Below, one piece after another: positions 27,601 through 39,050 of a stretch of DNA of 64,000 bases. The position numbers were made by a program, and so were the translations under genes. The stretch comes from Bispira polyomma (lineage: Eukaryota). The notes under the pieces are model-generated. The model was not told where the DNA came from. It was given only the letters and a program-made list of their open reading frames with translations, and did no database searches. Location of the stretch: positions 76,136,001-76,200,000 of the forward strand of contig OZ287751.1 of assembly GCA_965649765.1 (NCBI GenBank). The letters are read 5' to 3'. Numbering within the stretch: position 1 is the stretch's first letter; each line of letters begins with the position of its first letter.

Positions 27601-28257
27601 CACCATTTTCGAGTTGAATCTTTTTTATTGTTTTTTCTACATATCGATATTTTTCTAGATTACAGAAGTATTTACTGGGTTTCTCGTTTAAATGTAAGTT
27701 CTGTACCCTAGATCTTATCATATGGCTATTCATTTGGGACTCTCTTAAACATTGTAATTCTTCTTTTTTACTTTTCATGGATTCTAAAGATTCAACTGTT
27801 TCCATGTTTTCTAAAATCTCAATCTCAACAGTCAGCCTCTTTTCAATTTGCAGTTTTTCCCTTTTAATTTTAGTTGCAAATTTGATTGTATCTCCTCTAA
27901 TTCTTAGCAAAAGCATTTCTAAGAACATGTCATCGGATATTGTAAATTTAATATCGCTATCTGCAATTGAAGCTAAGTTGCTTAAATTATATACAGGTAA
28001 TGCATATTGTTTTTTTATTTGTACAATAGAATCATTTATCATTCTTAGATAGTCGGGATTTTTTAAGTGACTGCAATTAAGTCTCCAAACTCCTTTACCT
28101 TTTTCAAAATTATTAAGCCTGATATCCACGTTTACTCTTGAATGGTCACTCCGGTACCCCGGCTTTATATTACAACACTGAGTCAAGTCAGTTAAGGTGT
28201 TTGAAACTAAGAAGTAATCTAGTCGTGCCTGTTTTACTGGATTCCTCCTTCGCCAAG
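24661..28257 (-). mobile_element. Young 5'-truncated L1/Tx1-clade LINE with poly(A) tail and 14-bp target-site duplication
   Basis: TSD ttgtctgaagttat at 24647-24660 and 28258-28271; T-run at 24660-24678; frame open from the truncation point (WRRRNPVKQARLDYFLVS) to the stop at 25034. Confidence 0.95.
25034..28186 (-). CDS. L1/Tx1 ORF2 (end of endonuclease, RT, CCHC zinc finger), 1050 aa, N-terminally truncated
   Basis: SDHS, KTPGIDGLP, NWRPISL, LIDFEKAFDSV, GCKQGDPIAPYLF, QFADDTT, CRSCHSYPETLLHLLVLC. Confidence 0.93.
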   Translation of the reverse strand: MTQCCNIKPGYRSDHSRVNVDIRLNNFEKGKGVWRLNCSHLKNPDYLRMINDSIVQIKKQYALPVYNLSNLASIADSDIKFTISDDMFLEMLLLRIRGDTIKFATKIKREKLQIEKRLTVEIEILENMETVESLESMKSKKEELQCLRESQMNSHMIRSRVQNLHLNEKPSKYFCNLEKYRYVEKTIKKIQLENGDTVTSQKEILDQVRNFYAKLFANREKDLQDLNWEGLIDAKNKLSLGEASKLEGPLTLKELSLALKNMKNNKTPGIDGLPADFYKIFWSRLKYFILRALNHCYLKGSLPISLRQTIISCLPKGNKPRDQLKNWRPISLISVLYKVTSSAIASRLKELLLKLIAKAQTGFIKGRFIGEGTRLIYDIMNHIQYKNINTLLMLIDFEKAFDSVSWKFMYQTLEQFRFGKSFIEWIKLFNKDIKATILQAGVLSDFINIERGCKQGDPIAPYLFILCAQVLFELIQINKDIVGIIVGNEEFKITQFADDTTLIMDGSESSLLAALNTLEVFGSVSGLKMNTSKTKLVWIGRKRFTKEKMKTNYKFDWDAVEFSLLGIEFCVDLDEIPELNYPKALCKIDETLKNWRKRTITPLGKITVIKTLAISKLNHLFMVSPIPSEKFLKQLETKFYKFLWDDQPDKIKRVNITQTYRDGGLKMINIGHFIKALKCTWIRRPIRSEDCQWVKLFENTHCSLKKLMDFGPHWSVKLYEKTKNSFWREIFQMWNFIYCTIPLKTNLDKLSTPLWYNTRLKNAKLYKELWYNKGITQICDLVDFSTNKILTKEEIESKYNFSITNFLDYFQVRSIIQEFTKCTKLKTLAVFQRPFIPHHIRFLLQQEKGCKNIYNILNEQENVGKFKKEWNKDLETVIDELTWKRIFRACFNSIKNNQLIWFQYRVLYRIVGTNKLLGQMAISDSTMCRSCHSYPETLLHLLVLCENAKTLWEKLKRWIAVKVNKIMCITPIEIILGHINTDNNFHPINTLLVTTKHYIFTCAIKATLPNLIELQRRLKTNYEEQYYLSIELDRQSQFQQNWAVFANLFT

Positions 28258-29089
28258 TTGTCTGAAGTTATGATAAAGGTATATTTTCCCTCACAGTCAG
28301 ATTTCTTTTACAGTTATATCCCAATTCATTTTATATTTAGTTTCAAACCTAATTAATACGATGGGGGTCATGTGTTACTGATAGTTTTATCGTGAAAAAT
28401 GGTGTAAACACGGCGGAGTTCTATCCCCGATATTATTCTGTTCATATTTGAATCAAATAATACTTCGAACACAATGAAGTCTGTTTTATAGTGTTACATT
28501 GTTAATATTTTTATGGGTACCCTTTGTTATACTGATGACTGCTCGATTTTAGCTCAAACTCTTGATAGTCTTAAAAGAATGCTGTATATTGTGTCAGAAT
28601 TTAGGAAACAATTGAATGTAGGTTTAATCCCATCAAAAGCCAGTTAGTTGTTTTCAATAAGTATAAAAGTGATCCTGTAAACACAATTTTTGACAATGTG
28701 AAATATCATCTGTTGATGCAGCAAACCACTTGGGTCACCTTATTGGATTAATTAGTAACAATTGTCATATACTACAGGTAAACAGACTTTATTAATAAAG
28801 TTAATTTTCTTGTGGCGAATTTCAATAAATGTTCAGTGAACATGAAGTACAATTTGTGGGGTCGTGGGACTTTTCTAGAAGTTATGTTGATAGTTTCTGC
28901 AAGTCATGGAGAATATGTGTGCGAAACATGCTTGATGTAAACAAATGAGCACATGGTGTTTATTTACCAGTAATAGTGGATGTTGTTCCTGTTGAAGCCC
29001 AGCTGCACAGGAAATTTGAAAAGTTCACTAATTCATTATTGAAATCTGAGAACCCTTTCACTTGATTATGTATGCAGTTCGGGTTGCTC

Positions 29090-30940
29090 GTGGAGCTGCT
29101 GTCTTAATAAAAAACAAAAACAATTTTGAATATAAATTAAAGAGTATCCAAAAGGACTTAGCTGTAAACTTATTGGTGATAGATCTAGATATTGACAACA
29201 TATATGTTATGCTGTTCAATATTTATGCTCGAAATTCTGATAATCCTACTTTTTTTCTAAAATATGGAAGAATATATACACAGCAGTAATGAAACATATG
29301 TGATGATTTGTGGGGATTTTAACTTGGTCTTGGATCCTACTTTAGACTCGCATAACTATATTAGCAGTAACAAAATAAATCCAGGGAGATCTTATATCGA
29401 CATACCTTCTTATAACATGTGTTTATATAATGTATATTTTAATAGAAAGAGACAAATATATTAAAATGTATTACTATAGCCAATAGAAAATTCAAGATTA
29501 CCAAAAATGCTGATGCAAGTACACTAATACTTGATGGATTGGAAAGATCTGTGCAAACATCACTCAATATATTCGAAATTTTTGACAACATGTCTAAACC
29601 CAAAGCGGTGTGGATTGGAAGAAAAAGACATTTAAAAGATAAACTGTGTCTAACTTATATCCTAGATTGGAATAATAAAGAACTTACTCTCTTAGGGTTT
29701 CACTTTACAGTAGATATTCAAAATATTCCTGAAATTAATTATGAAAATGCATTAATCAAAATAAAAAAAACAATGAAGAAATGGGGGAGAAAAAAGTTGT
29801 GTCACATTTTTCTCTTTCACTTCCGTACCCAAACAGTAAGACACTAAATGAAAATAATACACTTCTAAATAAATTTTTGTGGAATGGGAAACCACATAAA
29901 ATTAAAATATCTATTATTTCCGAGGACTACTTGGAAGGTGGTCTTCAGATGATTAATGTAGAAAATTTCATAAAAGCTTTGAAAAGTACATGGATCAGGA
30001 GACTTCAGGAGACAAGCCTGAACATAGAATATGCAATAAAATTTAAAGTCTTAGTCTCTCTAGTCAGCCAATTTTTTTATATTGTATTAGGTTGGTGTAA
30101 GATATTATATAACAAAACTACCAATCAATTCTGGAAAGAAATCTTGAGTAAATGGTTTAGTGTAAGTGATAAAATAGACATAAAAACAAATACTTAAATT
30201 GTAACTTTACCTCTTTGGTACAATATAATACTTGGAACCTTAAGTATGTGTAAATTTCAATGGTATAATAAGGGTATATGTGTTGTATGAGCTGTATTAA
30301 ATATAATAGTCATATTATGCCACAGGACAACCTTTAATTAAAATATCAGCTAGGAAAGGTCAATTTTCTGTATTATTTTTAAATGCATAGTAAAATAGCC
30401 ACTTTTATTAAAAAAGACAAATAGACAAATGTTTACGACACATAAAGCCATGCTTTCCAAATCAGTTTTTCATTTTGTTAACTAATGAGAAAGGATGCAA
30501 AGATGTTTATACTCTACTAAATAAGAGTTTGGCAGATAGTGATTTTAAAACTGAATGCTCAGTTGTGAAACAGCTATGACAAGAACTAAAATCCTGGTTA
30601 TTTAATTTAACAGATATACCTTTAGATATCAATCCTTGCCTCATAATATTTGGGTATTTCAAAAATGATATACTGGCATTACAGAAAATACTTAACAGCA
30701 CATATGAAGAGCATCTCCTATTATCAAAGTTTGTAATTAAGGAACATACTTTTACAATGCACTGGTGTCAACTCGAAATTCTGTTTACAAATAATATTTA
30801 ACCATAAAATTGCATTGTGTACAGTTATTGCATTTATTTTTCCTTTGTAAAATTTATGTTGTTCATACAGGCCATCTTGTGCTATTATTGTCACATGTAT
30901 GCGGCTTTTATGAAATTATTGTAAATTGAAAAAAAAATAT
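29090..30940 (+). mobile_element. L1/Tx1-clade LINE, multiply deleted remnant
   Basis: GAAVLI, NIYARNSDNP, ICGDFNLVLDP, VWIGRKR, KFLWNGKP, GGLQMINVENFIKALKSTWIRR; related to the element at 24661-28257 but on the opposite strand. Confidence 0.85.
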
Positions 30941-31378
30941 GCAGTCAGCATTAATGTGCAGTAAATCAAATGTATGTATATTTAACAGTATATATATAAA
31001 AAGGTACCTTTACCAATCAGACATTTAATGAAAAGAGTTTATTGTAAAGCTGCTAACATTTAGTGAAAAAGAATTGTTATGAATTAAAAATTGTAAATGT
31101 ATTCTATCAATAAGAAAACATATATTTTATGAGTGACAATAATAGGTTTTTACATATGAAGATTATAATTCCATGCTTGATTATATTTTGTGTGAAAGAA
31201 ATGTAATTATCTAATTTTACAACTATAGACATAGAAATACTTTATTATTATTGTATACTCCATAAAATAAATAAATACTTGAGGTGTATTGTTATCTATT
31301 CCAACACAAACTTCATAGAAATGCTGCCGATTCCCAAGTGGTTTGCAGTGAAGAATCTTGACTTTCACCCAACACAAA

Positions 31379-31779
31379 AACTGCCCATCGTGATATGACC
31401 TGTACAATATACAATGTTAAAGTGATCCCAATCAACCAATGCTACATTTACAAAATAGGAACCTACTTTGCCTATTTGAACAATCAATAGAACTGATAAA
31501 ACTAAGTTTTTAAGCACAGTTTTTCAATGTGATGTGAATGTGACAGATGTGTTTTAGAGAAATATGGAAAATCTGTCAAACTGCCCATCGTGATATGACC
31601 TGTACAATATACAATGTTAAAGTGACCTCAATCAATCAATGCTACATTTACACAATAGGAACCTACTTTGCCTATTTGAATAATCAACAGAATTGACAAA
31701 ACTAAGTTTTTAAACACAGTTTTCCAATGTGGTGTGAATGTGACAGATGTGTTTTACAGGAATATGGAAAATATGTCAA
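31379..31779. repeat. Tandem duplication, 200-bp unit x2
   Basis: aactgcccatcgtgatatgacctgtacaat...aatatggaaaat(c/a)tgtcaa repeats at 31379 and 31579 with few differences. Confidence 0.9.
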
Positions 31780-33809
31780 TGCGCTTAAAGTATCAAATCT
31801 CCAGGATCGTCCTATCCACTATTTCTTTATCTTTATCAATCTGTATCAATCCCAGATCCTCTGTATTCCTAAATAATTGAATAATTGTGTATTTCCTAGG
31901 CCGGTGTAAAATATGTAGGGGGTGTAAAATATAGCAAGGGGGTGTAAAATTAACACCGGAGTTGTAGTTTATTTAATTCTATACCAGCAGCATTAATACT
32001 AATGTGGTGATTTCTTCATTTTCTTAAAATGATGACTGCAAGATATGGAGCTTCTGTCTGCGTAGTGTCACAATATTGTTTAAAGCAGATGTAGAAATCG
32101 ATTTCAGTGACATACAGTAAGTCTGCTAAGAATACAAAAGCTCAACCAATACTGGCTTAAACAAAAAAATTGTATGGAAAATTTAATATATATTGTCAGC
32201 CATTCATTACCCCCGCCAAGGGAACATATGTTTTGTAAATGAAGGAAAGAAAGCTATTAAATTTTACTGAAGCACATAACTAGGATAAGGCACCACAGCA
32301 ATAAAACGTGAACAACTTTGCTGCAGCAGTGTATAAAAAACTACAACAACTATTTTGACAAGCTTTTGTGGAGGTTAAATTTTAGTTGCTAAAAGTGAAA
32401 AAATGCCTGTCCAACATTACGCAAGAACTATTGAACAGAACAAATCTTTTTGGATTGCCAGAATATGGGCCAAGAGAGAAACCATTACATTGTAGTGGAA
32501 TGTATTGCCAAAACATGCATATTAGGGCTTAAAAGTGAAAATCCTTTATTTTTACCCGTACACTTATTGGTTTTTTTAAAACACCCAAAGACATGACATA
32601 TTTTTAGTGATTTCTCCAAAGCTAATTGCAGTGTAGTGTGGTGCTGGGACCAGTCTAAACAATCAATATATGTTGTCTTGTTTCTATTTTTTCTAATGTC
32701 GTGTCATATAGTCAGCTGTCTGTAAGACCCTTAAGGCTATTAGAAACTGGATGTTAATATTTATATTGTAAAATACCATTGCACTGAAATTATATTTTAA
32801 CATGCGACACAGAAAATATATTCTTATCTATTTGATTCTATTATATCCTCCTACTATGGCCTGCTTATTACTCAGGCCTGCTTATTAGCTCACTTTTACT
32901 ATGATTAAACGGCCTAGCCCATAACGTTGCCACAGTATTTCTCTATATAAATAATCTTCATTTTCCATTATAAATTGCAATTTCAACACCCCCTAATAGC
33001 ACTAATCATAAGTATAAGTTTAGCACATATTATTTCTCTTCACCAGAATCACCCAAACAACATCAATACACATAGTACAAGTCTGGATATGTCACCATCA
33101 TGAACAATTTTATGATTTCTATTCTGGGTTTTTGGGTGCTCGAATAGTTTTGCTTATAAACTAAGCATGTGGTTAACTATTTATGCATTTATGCTCATAC
33201 TAACTTGCCTTCAACCTGTACAGATTATTTATAATATATTGTGTAAATTATGGCTAAAAGTTTTAAATAGATTTTTTTTTGTTGTAAAATAGATATGAAA
33301 AGAAATTAAATTTGGAAGAGTGGTTATGGCTTTGTACAATTAAATATTCATTATAATAGAAGTTTAAATTATAGCGATTCTACTGTTTATCTTTGTCGGA
33401 CACACAAATATATACAGGCTTTCTAAATGCGATATAGAAATCTGGTATATTTTGTTTCATACCTCCTTCTTATGGTGACTAAGGAAATGTCGTTTCTAAA
33501 GATTTTAAAGCTCATACATACAAAACATGTGCAGAGTCAGTTTAATAGAGTTTATATTTAAAAACTGCATTCTAAAAATGTTAAATAGGGCTCTAGAAAT
33601 TTGTAGCACCTTCGGTATTTGAAAAGGCAGATGTAATTGATTTTCATTATGGACACGCCCATTTGACCTTGATTGAGGGGTTCCAGGTCAAATTTGGCAT
33701 GCAAAAAAATTCCTAGCCTATAATATTCTTCAAGTTGTTTCACATCCCAAACCTCTAGGACCAATAATAAGACCAATATAAGTGGATTTTAATGAATTTA
33801 TGTCAAGTA

Positions 33810-33895
33810 ACCACTGTATAAATGATGATTTGAACATAGATAGGGACAAATGATCAGAATGTGATTAGATCTCTATGTGCTGATATTACAGTGGT
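33810..33895 (+). ncRNA. SNORD74: Box C/D snoRNA, SNORD74/U74-like, subfamily B copy 1
   Basis: Terminal stem accactgta/tacagtggt; C box ATGATGA 33822-28; guide TAGATAGGGACA followed by D' ATGA; D box CTGA 33880-83. Confidence 0.85.
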
Positions 33896-34391
33896 ACTTT
33901 CTACAAGTTTCTGGTGCAGAGAATATATTTGGCATGTTTGTAAATACCCGGCCCCAGATATTCATACCCAAGATTGGTCATACCAGTTTTCCCTTAGTAG
34001 TGTTTTTGTTTTTTTTATTAAATAAGTTATCTTTCATGTCATAATTGTTTAAGTGAAAAATGTTCTTCAGTAATTTCTTAAATTGCCCTTTGAAGGTCAT
34101 GAATGTTAATTCTTACTTGAGAAAATGTTTGGGATGGACTCTTTGAAAATGTGGTTTTGAATATTTTTACTCTAAAACAGTACCGTCTGGAAATTTCAAA
34201 CTTAAGGATGACAGCTCAGTTTTTGGCACCAAGTAAATAGAATTGGTTAAGATCTTGGCTGTGTTTACAAAAATTTCTTATTTTCAAATTTTTTGTCTCA
34301 ACTGATTTGATTACCTGCATATATTGTTTCTATAGATCTGGTTGACTGGGACTGAGAAAATTTTAAGAATGGTTTCTTGATGTATAAATGA

Positions 34392-34480
34392 TTCCAATAG
34401 CAGAATGATGAGTTTTACAGAGATAGGGACATATTATTGGTTACCCCTGATTTTATCTCTCTGTACTGACGCTTCCGGAA
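34392..34480 (+). ncRNA. SNORD74: Box C/D snoRNA, SNORD74-like, subfamily A copy 1 (D' box mutated to ATTA)
   Basis: ttcc..agc/gct..ggaa stem; C box 34405-11; guide AGATAGGGACA; D box 34466-69. Confidence 0.75.
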
Positions 34481-35177
34481 AACTTTACAAATGGTGTGTG
34501 ATTGTTTGCAAATTAGAAAGAGGTTTTATGAAAAGTGCTCATCAAGCAGAATCCTGTATATTTTGTTTCACACGGAACAGTCGGTCATAAAATCTCTTGC
34601 AAACAATGACACCATTTGTAAAAAACGAAAGTAAATGCCATTTTAAAAGATTTAAAAGTTTGTTCATACGAAATATGCACATAGTAATGACTCTGTTGGG
34701 ATCAAGTGCAGATTTCCCCCAGCAGACACCATGATGGAATATAAAGTCTGTCAATGTACACTGGTGTAGGAATTTTAAGGACTGTATTCTAAAAATGTTA
34801 ATATGGTCCTTGATGTTTGTAGCCATATTTATAGCACCTTGGGTATTTAAAAATTCTGATCAGTGATCACTCCCTGTTACTAACTTCGTTTGTAATTATT
34901 CTATAGAAATTTCGGAGATATGGGCTTTTAATGAGAGCATGGAGTTTGTATTTAAGTTTCACCAAGTCGGTTTGAATTTGCGGAATTTTTAAAGTTTAGT
35001 ATACTGCATATTTAGTGTCATTCATCACAATTATTCAAGTAATTTCCTCAGTTCAAGTAAAGTTCAAAAGTACTTCATGTAACTGTTCCAACTTATAAGT
35101 TAACAGTTGCTACAGAAAAAAATCAAAGTACAATGTAAATTTGGACTAAGCCAGTTAATGCAGTTATCTGTGTGATG

Positions 35178-35263
35178 ACCACTGTAAAAATGATGATTTA
35201 TACATAGATAGGGACAAATGATCAGAACGTGATTAGATCTCTATGTGCTGATATTACAGTGGT
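35178..35263 (+). ncRNA. SNORD74: Box C/D snoRNA, SNORD74-like, subfamily B copy 2
   Basis: accactgta/tacagtggt stem; C box 35190-96; TAGATAGGGACA-A-ATGA; D box 35248-51. Confidence 0.85.
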
Positions 35264-35747
35264 ACTTTCTACAAGTTTCTGGGGCAAAGAATATTTCAAG
35301 ACTGTTTGAAAATACACGCCCCCAAATATTAATAGCCAAGATTGGTCATACTTCCGGAATTTAAAGTTTCTCTTTTAGTAGTGTTTCTATTTTATTAAAT
35401 AAGTCCTCTTTTATGTCATAATTGTTTCAATTAAAAAAGTGTTAATTTTAAAATTTCGCTAAACACAATCTCTTTAAAGGTTTGGGATGAACTTTTTCAG
35501 GATATGATTTTGAATACTTTCATTGTAAAACAGTCTGTCTGGAAATGTTAAACATAAGAATTACAAGTCAATGTTTGGCACCTACTAAATAGAATTGGTT
35601 AAGATCTTGGCTATATTTCTAATTCTAAAATTTTGGATCTTAACAGATTTGATTGGCTGCATATAATGTTACAATATAGACCTTGTTGATTAAGACTAAT
35701 GAAATTTTAAGAACCCTTTTTAAAAATTGTGCATTTTTACATTAAAT

Positions 35748-35840
35748 GATTCCAATAGCAGAATGATGAGTTCTACAGAGATAGGGACATATGATTGGTT
35801 ACCACTGATTTTATCTCTCTGTACTGACGCTTCTGGAATC
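35748..35840 (+). ncRNA. SNORD74: Box C/D snoRNA, SNORD74-like, subfamily A copy 2
   Basis: gattcca..agc/gct..tggaatc stem; C box 35763-69; AGATAGGGACA-T-ATGA; D box 35824-27. Confidence 0.85.
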
Positions 35841-35981
35841 CTTGATAAAATGGTGTGATTGTTCGCAGATTAAAGCTGTTTTATGAAAGGTGCACATGAA
35901 CAGATTTCAATATATTTAGTTTCAAACCTCACTCGCCTGGTGACTTAGGAAATGCCATTTGTAAAGATTTAAAAGCTCGTA

Positions 35982-36946
35982 CAGTAGAATCTGTAAGTCG
36001 AATGTGCAATATCCACCATAATTACTTTGAATTATGGTAAATTCGAATTATATATTGGGGAGGGGGGATCTGTCAGAAGTTGTATGGCCATATTAACACT
36101 CTTGCGGTAAGTATGGGCGATAATAGAATAGTGATAAAGTATCCCTAAATGTGATAACAATACAAAAGATTAAATATAAAACCTGTTATTGCCTAAAAAT
36201 AAGGCATTTAACATTGAAATTGTATATTATCTTTGCAAGAGTCCACCGTATTTACACATGTATTATGTTTAGGTTGACGACAGATATGCACTCGTAAAAT
36301 TAACTATTTTAAAGTACAAACTTCTTCCTTAGTTTTAAGGAATCTAGTAAGTACATTCCAATTTCAATTTTAAAAGGCCCCTTTTTCCTTAAAAATCTTT
36401 AAATGTACATCAGTTTCACTCACAAGGTTGTCTCAGTGATTTATACAAGCAAATTGCACTTAGTGGACATAAGAATAGTTATAGCTCGAAGGCGGTAATT
36501 TATGGAAATACGATGAAAGGCGGCCTGTGTCATATAAAATAGGATTAATTTAAATTGTTTTTGGGGTAAGTTAATGGTGTATTTTGATGGAGGTTATGGG
36601 TCAGACATTTAAATAACCTTAATTGCAAATAATGACACCTTCACTAAATGCTGTCTTTAACAATAGCCATATACAAATATGTGGCCCACGAGGACATAAA
36701 ATAGCAATAGATGTAATCCCTTGTCAAACAACACGGTCTTTCCATGGCTCTGATTCGAGTAATCCATTTTTTCCATGCTAAACTTAACCTTAAAGTCAGC
36801 AATTTGCTTCGAATAATGACTTTAAGGGTAATTCGAATGTTCGAGGATTTCCTAAAGATTAAGCTATAAATTGTTGGGGATCTGAAATTCGTTCGAATTT
36901 CGGCTACTTTCGAGTATTGTCCATTCGAGTTTGACCAAATCCACTG
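35982..36946. mobile_element. Tc1/mariner(pogo)-type non-autonomous element inserted in the snoRNA repeat unit
   Basis: TA|cagtagaatc..tcgaatg on the left and cattcga..aatccactg|TA on the right; the flanks rejoin to match the uninterrupted unit at ~34650-34740. Confidence 0.65.
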
Positions 36947-37329
36947 TACATACAAAATATGTGCTTAGTAATGACTCTTTTGGGATAAACTGCAGAATTT
37001 CCCAAGGAAATGCCATAATTGAACTTTACCTATGGCACCCAATGTATATTGTATCCACCTGAGGTAAAAAGTAAGTTATGGTTGGTGATGTTAGTAAATC
37101 ACCTCATTTCTTTCTGAATTTTATATCAACAAAAACTAGGACCAATAATAAGAGATAAAAGGGCCTTTTACTAAGGACACCCATTTGACCTTAAAAGATG
37201 AATCCGAGGCCAAATCTGTTGTGCAAAAAGAGTCCTAGCCCATGCTTTTCTAGGAGTTGTTTCACATCCAAAACCTCTAGGACCAATAATAAGACCAATA
37301 TAAGTGGATTTTAATGATTTTATGTCAAG

Positions 37330-37416
37330 ACCACTGTATAAATGATGATTTATACATAGATAGGGACAAATGATCAGAATGTTGATTAGATCTCCATGTG
37401 CTGATATTACAGTGGT
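37330..37416 (+). ncRNA. SNORD74: Box C/D snoRNA, SNORD74-like, subfamily B copy 3
   Basis: accactgta/tacagtggt stem; C box 37342-48; same guide and D'; D box 37401-04. Confidence 0.85.
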
Positions 37417-38001
37417 ACTTTCTACAAGTTTCTGGTGCAGAGAATATATTTGAAATGTTTGTAAATACATGGCCCCAGATATTCATACCCAATATTGATC
37501 ATACTAGTTTTCCCTCAGTGGTGTTTGTTTTTCATTAAATAAGTTCTCTTTCATGTCATAATTGTTTAAGTGGAAATTTTTTTTAGTAATTTTAACATAA
37601 TCTAAACGGTATTTTTTTTAACTTTTGTAGGATTTTAACTCTTAAAAATATGTTGGGATGGACTCTTGAGAATATGGTTTGACTATTTTCACTGTAAAAA
37701 TATTGGGGGTGGGTTGTTAAAGCACTAACGTGTTGGCTATAATGATAGATTATCCTTTTATGTTTCATATATTCAAGTTTCATCAAGTTAATTGGAAAGT
37801 TTGCAAAAATTTGCATCCGGCATATCGCTTGTCAAAAACTGCTATAATCCTCTTATACCGCCTAAAAAAATAAAACTAATTACTGCGAATTGAACGCATC
37901 CTCCATCCTACCGTCTCACCAATGTTCTGAAGGATTAGGGTCAAAAGTGCTGAATGTAACTGTGTTGCAAGTTAATATAAGCTACAGTCTGTACAGACAC
38001 G

Positions 38002-38082
38002 ACCACTGTTTAAATGATGAGGTAAACATAGATAGGGACAAATGATAAAGTGATTCGATGTCTGTGCTGATATCACAGTGGT
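38002..38082 (+). ncRNA. SNORD74: Box C/D snoRNA, SNORD74-like, subfamily B copy 4
   Basis: accactgt/acagtggt stem; C box 38014-20; same guide; D box 38067-70; ends ~117 nt before the acceptor at 38198-99. Confidence 0.85.
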
Positions 38083-38857
38083 ACTTTCTTGTACAAAGAA
38101 TGTCTCTTTAGATGGTATCGTATTGTAAACTAATATACAGCAAAGAAGTAGTGGCTCCTTTGAGCATTAATGTCAAAACCTGTGATGTGTATTTTGCAGT
38201 AGTCAAAGACAGCATCATTGCCATAGCAACAGACGGCAGTGTGAATGTAGTCCTGTAAGTATTGCGACCATTGTATTAAGATTCAACTTATATGCTGAGC
38301 ATTTGTGCAGTCAACTATAGAGTTTTTGGTAAGGTCGGTGGTAGAGTTAGTTTGTACTTTTAATTATGACCTTAATTTGTTAAACCGTGAACAGTTTCCT
38401 CCATCTACCTAATATGGGAATTCTATTGTATGAATCAAATAAAAATTACATATAACTTGACGCTTTTGTAAATTAAATAATGATTTTGTGGTATTAGCCT
38501 ATATGATTCTATTTTACATTGATCTTGTTAAAAAAAGTTAAAAAATATCGGTATGAAAGCAGTAAGTGCCAAGTTAGTCTCCTGTTTGTTGTATGTGTTC
38601 TATTATTGTACATTTTAGCCATTTAATAGTAAGGACAATATTTTAGATTTTTAATGTATCGTCTTTACAGGAAGTTGCATTAAAGATTCAGTTCCTGAGA
38701 TTAGTTCATAGCTTCTGTGATCATTCAGAGTAAGTTAATAATTTTTTCTGTAAAAAAATGAAAGTATACAGTAAAGTTAAATATTACCTCCATGTATAGT
38801 ATTCTCTACAAATTTTGCAATCATTATCTACTTTCTGATTCAACCGTATCAACATTT

Positions 38858-39050
38858 GGCCCATTGGTTAGATGTGCTCACAAATGTGGATTTGAATCTT
38901 GTTTGTTCCTTCATGTGGGAAAGTTTGTGAGGTACTTGATGTAGGTCGGTGGTTTACAGTTGATTCAGCACTGGGTTCTTCCACCTTTAAATATGACCCT
39001 AAAATCTGACCTATGCTGTTAAAAGTGACACAAAAACCCAACTAAAAAAA
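38858..39050 (+). mobile_element. tRNA-derived SINE
   Basis: A-box-like tggcccattgg, B-box-like gatttgaatc, core atgtgggaaagttt..ggtcggtggttt, tail gttaaaagtg..aaacccaactaaaa; same family as 44754. Confidence 0.7.

Larger units (their letters stand above)
24321..29060 (+). mobile_element. Old RTE-X-like LINE remnant split in two (24321-24660 and 28258-29060) by a younger L1/Tx1 insertion
   Basis: QYGFK and LLDASQAFNRVNCLKL lie left of the insertion; degenerate NGV..GGVLSP and YADD-region sequence lies right of it. Confidence 0.65.

Noticed and set aside
25200-28052. Plus-strand ORFs of 64-149 aa
   Set aside because: Antisense shadows of the L1 ORF2.
31900-32910. Missing N-terminal TRPC4AP exons or a shared promoter
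   Set aside because: No TRPC4AP-like peptide could be read. The block looks more like a decayed DNA transposon (repeated terminal motifs), and I cannot support a promoter call.
33810-33895. Assignment of the snoRNAs to SNORD53/SNORD92
   Set aside because: Those guide positions lie ~26-28 nt further 3' in 28S; the D'+5 rule here points to the SNORD74 cytidine.
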